In this document: positions 58,881-64,000 of the stretch, piece by piece | How the letters are laid out: each line of letters begins with the position of its first letter | Position numbering within the stretch: position 1 is the stretch's first letter | From: Schleiferilactobacillus perolens DSM 12744 | GTDB lineage: Bacteria; Bacillota; Bacilli; Lactobacillales; Lactobacillaceae | Length of the DNA: 64,000 nucleotides | Assembly: GCF_001435585.1 (NCBI RefSeq) | Contig: NZ_AZEC01000007.1 | Span: forward strand, 4,122 to 68,121 | Direction of reading: 5' to 3' | Made by a program: the position numbers and the translations under genes | Notes under the pieces: model-generated | Database searches by the model: none | The model's input: the letters and a program-made list of their open reading frames with translations, nothing else | Told to the model about the DNA's origin: nothing

Positions 58881-60524
58881 TTGAGGGGAAAAAATTTGTT
58901 ACGGCGGCAAGTGCCCGTCCAGTTACTGTTTATTGCACTTAGCATGCTGTACGTATTTATGTTGGCGCCTAGAGGCGTATTAACTCCGCGGGACAGTTTG
59001 GATGCTTATTTTCATTTAACACGTATTCAGGCGCTTAATGGGGTGTGGCAATCACCCATTAATTTTTTTGAATGGAACCATGTGGGCAACGCGACGTCTT
59101 TGTTTTACCCATGGTTAACGGTGGCAATTGGCTACCCACTATTTCACTTCTTTGGTGTGGTCCACGGCTATTTGGTATTTATGGGGTTAGTGACATATGC
59201 TACGTTGCTGGCGGCATATGTGAGTTACAGCAAGTTTCGTCACACCGAATGGCCAGCTATTCTTTTTGCTTTGGTTTACACATTTTCCTTTGTCAGAGCG
59301 TCTAACGTCCTATACCGCTGGGGTGTGGGTGAGTTTATGGCGATGATCTTTATACCACCGCTTTTTCTGGCCTTCTACGCGGTGCTCAAGGGTCATTGGG
59401 CGTCATGGCCGTATGCGGCGTTGTGGTTCTCGCTCATTATCTATTCCCATGTTTTGTCTGTCGTGATCATTGGCATCAACTTGCTGGTTTTATTTCTGAC
59501 GGCATTGGTTGTTCGGTGGGGGGCCTGGTCATATTGGCGACAATTGTTTCTTCGCGCTGTTCAGTTTGGACTGACCACATTGTTATTGACCATGGCTTAT
59601 TGGGGGCCGATGGTTGAACAGCAATTGTATCAGCCACTGAATCGGCCCGCTGTCTTTAACATGGTCCATGCTGGTCAATCATTACCTCAGTTACTAAATA
59701 GTTCATTGCGACTTGATGTGCGTTCTTATGCACTTGGTGTGTTTCTCTTGGTTGTCTTGGTGGGGGTAGTGCTCACCATCTGGTTTACTGATTGGGTCGG
59801 GCGCACCATGGGGCTAATGGCCCTTGTCATGTTGGTACTATCATCGACGACATTTCCTTGGGGACTGCTGCAAAATACGCCAGTGAATATCATTCAATAT
59901 CCCGGGCGTTTTTTGGGGATGGTTATGTTTTGGGGTGTCCTATATCTGGTTTACATGCTGGAGACTCACTGGCAGACATGGCACGTGCCGATTCAGGCTG
60001 TGACTACCATCAGTATCGGTGCAATTGCGGTAGGACTGTTTGTTGGCTCAGCACGCGCACTTTGGCACACGAATACGATTATTCCAGTCAACATGGCCTG
60101 GATCACCAATGATAACGCCCCGGCTCGGCTCAGAGCTTTCAATCAAAGGGATTATTATCCGGTCCGGGCCGTGAAGTATGCGCAATCCATTGAGGCCCAT
60201 GAAACGTTGTTGAATGATCAAGTGATCAACGCACCATTGCATTATTCGCAGACGGCAGCGTCGTGGCAAGTGCACCTGAGAGAGGATGGTCGACTGGATC
60301 TCCCTGTCTTGCGTTTTAAGGGCACTCGGACATGGGTGGATGGCGAACTGCGTTCATCCTCTGCTTCGCCGCGCGGAACCGCCCAAATCGCGGTGACGAA
60401 GGGTGCTCATCGTATCGTGGTCGCTGGGTCGTATACTTGGTTCGCCAAGTTTTCCATATTGATGTCGGTGATCACTGCTGGATTGCTGGGAACGATGTTG
60501 TTTATGCGCAAGCACCGAGCGTGA
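58881..60524 (+). CDS. Polytopic membrane protein, putative GT-C glycosyltransferase (YfhO-like)
   Basis: TTG start after GAGGAAAG. At least 12 TM helices. Confidence 0.65.
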   Translation: MRGKNLLRRQVPVQLLFIALSMLYVFMLAPRGVLTPRDSLDAYFHLTRIQALNGVWQSPINFFEWNHVGNATSLFYPWLTVAIGYPLFHFFGVVHGYLVFMGLVTYATLLAAYVSYSKFRHTEWPAILFALVYTFSFVRASNVLYRWGVGEFMAMIFIPPLFLAFYAVLKGHWASWPYAALWFSLIIYSHVLSVVIIGINLLVLFLTALVVRWGAWSYWRQLFLRAVQFGLTTLLLTMAYWGPMVEQQLYQPLNRPAVFNMVHAGQSLPQLLNSSLRLDVRSYALGVFLLVVLVGVVLTIWFTDWVGRTMGLMALVMLVLSSTTFPWGLLQNTPVNIIQYPGRFLGMVMFWGVLYLVYMLETHWQTWHVPIQAVTTISIGAIAVGLFVGSARALWHTNTIIPVNMAWITNDNAPARLRAFNQRDYYPVRAVKYAQSIEAHETLLNDQVINAPLHYSQTAASWQVHLREDGRLDLPVLRFKGTRTWVDGELRSSSASPRGTAQIAVTKGAHRIVVAGSYTWFAKFSILMSVITAGLLGTMLFMRKHRA

Positions 60525-60572
60525 TCTCTGTTTTGCACATGGACAATTTAATGGATCACGGTGGTCTGTTGT

Positions 60573-60617
60573 AAGCAGGTCAATTGTCAGTTCTTGGCAT
60601 ATTGACCTGCTTTTCTT
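60573..60617. terminator. Terminator between convergent genes
   Basis: AAGCAGGTCAAT…ATTGACCTGCTT followed by TTTC. Confidence 0.7.
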
Positions 60618-60682
60618 TACGTATGATGAACGATGACTGATCGAGAATCAACCATGTGTCACGCGAGGCAGACGACACACAG

Positions 60683-61567
60683 CTAGTAACCGTGCAAACG
60701 CCTTAACAGATGTCTCATATCGGCCAAGTCCTCTTGGTTTTTATCCGGCCCAAAAAACACAGAATCGGCGAGAGATTCCTGCAGTGCCAGGAGTGGATAG
60801 TCCCGTAATTCGAGTAGGCGCGCTTGATTCGGTTTTGCGTCAGGATTGCGCGCGACCCATTGCTTCATAACTGGACTCAAAGGAATGCGTGGATGAATCA
60901 AACCACTTTGACTGGCCATGGACTGGATGAATGTCCAAATTTCCTGACCGATAGCTAATGCCACATCGATGTGTTCGTTAATGTCCCGGTGATAATAGGG
61001 TAACGAAAGTGCATGACAATCACGACCAAAATAAAAATCACATGTAGATGTATGCTGATGAGTTCTCGCTAGGTGGTGTAACGCCACAAAACTTGGCGTG
61101 CCATTTCGAGTACCGCTGAGCGGCAGAAAGATTTTCCGGCCGAACACGGTGGGCAGTGGCAGTCGGCTGTGTGGCCTGTGTTTCTCCAATAGCAGAAGCC
61201 GCGGCAAAATCAACGTGAGTATATGGGTACGATGAATCGCGTCCATGATGATGCGCTTGGGCGTCAAGATACAGGCACTACAATGTCCGTCTTTGTACCA
61301 AACCAAGCTGCCAACCCGTTCTGGACAATAGTCGGCGATGTATAAGATGGCGCAGATGTCCGGGGTGAGAGGACAAGTGGGTAATGGCGATCCAGCGGCG
61401 TGCGCATGGATACGAATTTGCTTTCCAGATAATGGGAAACCTGAGCCATCGGTTGTTTTCAAGTAAGGCACTCCTTTTCGCAATTTGCGAATGATTATTT
61501 TGCGAGCATGATCCCTGTTCCCCTCCAAAAGGATACAATACCTTATGGTAAACCGGTTGCCAACCAT
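60683..61567 (-). CDS. Hypothetical Cys/His-rich protein (start uncertain)
   Basis: 294-aa ORF between terminators. No recognisable domain. Confidence 0.45.
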   Translation of the reverse strand: MVGNRFTIRYCILLEGNRDHARKIIIRKLRKGVPYLKTTDGSGFPLSGKQIRIHAHAAGSPLPTCPLTPDICAILYIADYCPERVGSLVWYKDGHCSACILTPKRIIMDAIHRTHILTLILPRLLLLEKHRPHSRLPLPTVFGRKIFLPLSGTRNGTPSFVALHHLARTHQHTSTCDFYFGRDCHALSLPYYHRDINEHIDVALAIGQEIWTFIQSMASQSGLIHPRIPLSPVMKQWVARNPDAKPNQARLLELRDYPLLALQESLADSVFFGPDKNQEDLADMRHLLRRLHGY

Positions 61568-61958
61568 AAATTGTTCGCCAAGAGTTCAAAATAGACAAAA
61601 AAAGACGGTGACAGGGCTGATATTAAGGCGTTTAATCAAAAAAATATCAGAAATCCGCGTTAAAGGAGAAGAACAATTAATATACAGATAAAATTATTCG
61701 TTCGGAAATAGACACCTATGTTAGTTTTCTCGCCTAAAGACAGTGACTGTGGTTCAGACGCTTTATTAGACAGCTTTTTATCAAATAGCCAGATTGATTT
61801 CGCAACCTCCACGAGAGAACTAAAGTAATCTGTATTTTTGTGAGGCCGGTAATTTGTCTAAGCTAAAAATTGCGATGGTCATTGCTACGAAATTTTCCAA
61901 TAGGGTGCTATATTATGGCTGGTGGGAAGAGTCAGATCGTGGGAAAGAGGAGAATGGT

Positions 61959-63884
61959 ATGTCGATTCATGTGAAGAAGTGGACGCTGATCGGGATTATC
62001 AGCGTGCTGGTTGGCATTGGGGTAGTTGCCACGCCTAATGTACTTGCTGGTACTGATTCAGGGGCACACAACCAGCTGCAAACCACGCCGCTTGTGCAGA
62101 ATTCGTTATTGGGTCCCGGATATTATGATGACCAGGCGGAAAACTCGATTCCGCAAAATCAGTTGATGGCGCCAGCGCTGTTTTCTAATAACGATCAATT
62201 CCTGATGGATATCAAGCCTGGTGCTTTGGCAAGTTGGCAAAAGGGTGTGCTGCCTTCAGTGACTGTAGCCCAAGCGATCGTGGAGAGTGGCTGGGGCACC
62301 TCCCAGTTGGCGATTCAAGCGAATAATCTGTTCGGTATTAAAGGGGTGTACAACGGCCAGTCCATCTGGATGAATACCCGCGAAGTAATTAACGGACAGA
62401 GTGTGGTACAATCTGCCCAGTTTCGCAAGTATCCCAATCGTTCTGATTCGATCGTGGATCACGCAGACTTTTTAAACCAGAACTCTAGATATCGTAATTT
62501 GCTCGGTGTCCGCGATTACCGGACATTTGCGTCTTTACTTCAACAAGACGGTTATGCGACGGATCCCAATTATAGCAATGCGTTGATCAGCGTCATTCAA
62601 AGCAACAACTTGCAGGAATGGGATACAGAGGCATTTTCTGGCGTCGTGAAGAATGTCAGTTATGCGATGCAAATTAACCAGACTAATCGGCACGATGGCC
62701 TATACAGCAGTATCCCAGCAACGGGAATTGGTTCTCAATTCGTCGGTGCGGGGTACGCGGCTTCCTTTGACCAACAAGTGGTGGCAGTGAGTAAAGAAGT
62801 TGTGCTTAATGGTGTGACTTGGGTGAACTTCACCGTGGGCGGGAAGTCTTGCTGGATGGATAGGAATGGCCTCCGTTCTGGCAACTTCGGGATTGTTAAA
62901 GATGTGCATTACGCCATGCAAATCAATCAAAGCAGTCGACACGATGGCCTATACAGTCAAGTTCCCGCCGCAGGGATTGGCGCACAATTCGTCGGTGCGG
63001 GGTATGCATCCTCCTTTGACCATCAGGTGGTCGCCATATCCAAAGAGACCGTGATCAACAACACGACCTGGGTGTATATCACGATCGGCGATAAATCGTA
63101 TTGGATGGACAAAAATGGTCTGATTGTCGGCCAATTTGGTATTGTGAAAAACGTCAACTATGCAATGCAGATCAACCAATCCAACCGACATGATGGCTTA
63201 TATCGCAGTGTCCCTGCCGCAGGGAGCGGCCCCCAATTCGTTGGGGCTGACGAATATGCCCAGACATTTGATCAACAGGTGGTGGCAATTACCAAAGAAG
63301 CCGTGATTGGTGATACGACGTGGGTCTATTTCACCATTAACGGTAAAGCCTACTGGATGGATCAAAAGGGTTTGGTTGGCGGCTTTGGCATCGTCAAAAA
63401 CGTCAATTACGCCATGAAAATCGATCAAACCAGCCGGCATGATGGTCTGTACACCAGTGTTCCCGCGCCCAGCATCGGCTTGCAATTTGTCGGTGCAGCC
63501 GCTGCTCAGACAATTGATCAACAAGTCGTCGCCGTGACTAAAGAGGTGGTCATCAACGGTGAGACGTGGGTCTATTTCACGACGAACGCCGGCAAGTCCT
63601 ATTGGATCGACAAGAAGGGCCTGGTTGGTGGTTATGGTATTGTCCAGAATGTGAATTATAAGATGCAGATCAACCAGGCTAACCGCCATGATGGTTTGTA
63701 CAGCAGCGTGCCAGCACCAGGAATTGGCTCGCAATTCGTTGGTGCGGGTGAATATGCCAGTTCGTTTGACCGTCAAGTGGTTACAGTCAGCAAAGAGGTC
63801 GTTATTCAAAATGTGACGTGGGTGTGTGTTAGCATTGCGGGTAAGACGTATTGGATGGATAAGAGCGGGCTCCTCTCTGCTTAA
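61959..63884 (+). CDS. GH73 N-acetylglucosaminidase with 5 C-terminal SH3b repeats
   Basis: AQAIVESGWGTS…NNLFGIKG catalytic motif. Five 80-aa repeats VKNVNYAMQINQ…RHDGLY…WVYFT…YWMD. RBS AAGAGGAG. Confidence 0.85.
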   Translation: MSIHVKKWTLIGIISVLVGIGVVATPNVLAGTDSGAHNQLQTTPLVQNSLLGPGYYDDQAENSIPQNQLMAPALFSNNDQFLMDIKPGALASWQKGVLPSVTVAQAIVESGWGTSQLAIQANNLFGIKGVYNGQSIWMNTREVINGQSVVQSAQFRKYPNRSDSIVDHADFLNQNSRYRNLLGVRDYRTFASLLQQDGYATDPNYSNALISVIQSNNLQEWDTEAFSGVVKNVSYAMQINQTNRHDGLYSSIPATGIGSQFVGAGYAASFDQQVVAVSKEVVLNGVTWVNFTVGGKSCWMDRNGLRSGNFGIVKDVHYAMQINQSSRHDGLYSQVPAAGIGAQFVGAGYASSFDHQVVAISKETVINNTTWVYITIGDKSYWMDKNGLIVGQFGIVKNVNYAMQINQSNRHDGLYRSVPAAGSGPQFVGADEYAQTFDQQVVAITKEAVIGDTTWVYFTINGKAYWMDQKGLVGGFGIVKNVNYAMKIDQTSRHDGLYTSVPAPSIGLQFVGAAAAQTIDQQVVAVTKEVVINGETWVYFTTNAGKSYWIDKKGLVGGYGIVQNVNYKMQINQANRHDGLYSSVPAPGIGSQFVGAGEYASSFDRQVVTVSKEVVIQNVTWVCVSIAGKTYWMDKSGLLSA

Positions 63885-64000
63885 GAAGCAGGCAGACACA
63901 AAATCCATAATTCTGGCGTGGTTGAATCATCTGTTGACAAATTTTGCTGTTGTTTGCATGCAAATATAATTGCAGGTATTGTATGTATGCAGTACAATAA

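Noticed and set aside
1-64000. CRISPR arrays, rRNA/tRNA genes, IS elements, integrases
   Set aside because: No short direct-repeat/spacer arrays, no rRNA or tRNA-like sequence, and no transposase or integrase ORFs detected.

Overview
Chromosomal segment of about 64 kb and roughly 50% GC. Ribosome-binding sites, codon usage and gene content suggest a Lactobacillaceae-type Firmicute, but this is an inference. No rRNA, tRNA, CRISPR or obvious transposase/integrase genes were seen. Housekeeping genes include a 5'-truncated UspA, a DMT transporter, adenosine deaminase with a MazEF-like toxin-antitoxin pair beside it, pyrimidine-nucleoside phosphorylase, a second UspA, PepO, SfsA, a GNAT/Eis-like protein, a GtrB-like bactoprenol glycosyltransferase, a HIBADH-family dehydrogenase and a YolD/Y-family polymerase cassette. 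A cell-wall glycopolymer locus spans 11.6-25.8 kb (tagD, asnB, GT-C membrane protein, GT2, LicD, Wzx, Wzy-like, TagA-like, GT4, ATP-grasp). The window is dominated by secreted proteins built from about 65-aa GW/SH3b-type cell-wall-binding repeats, in at least 17 genes. These include two tandem arrays of repeat-only paralogs and fusions to GH25, GH73, NlpC/P60, C39-like and beta-lactamase-fold domains. Further notable features are a 180-bp imperfect-palindrome repeat family (two full copies and one half copy), a low-GC twin-promoter S-layer-like surface protein gene, an eRF1-like orphan gene and a three-gene SPFH operon.
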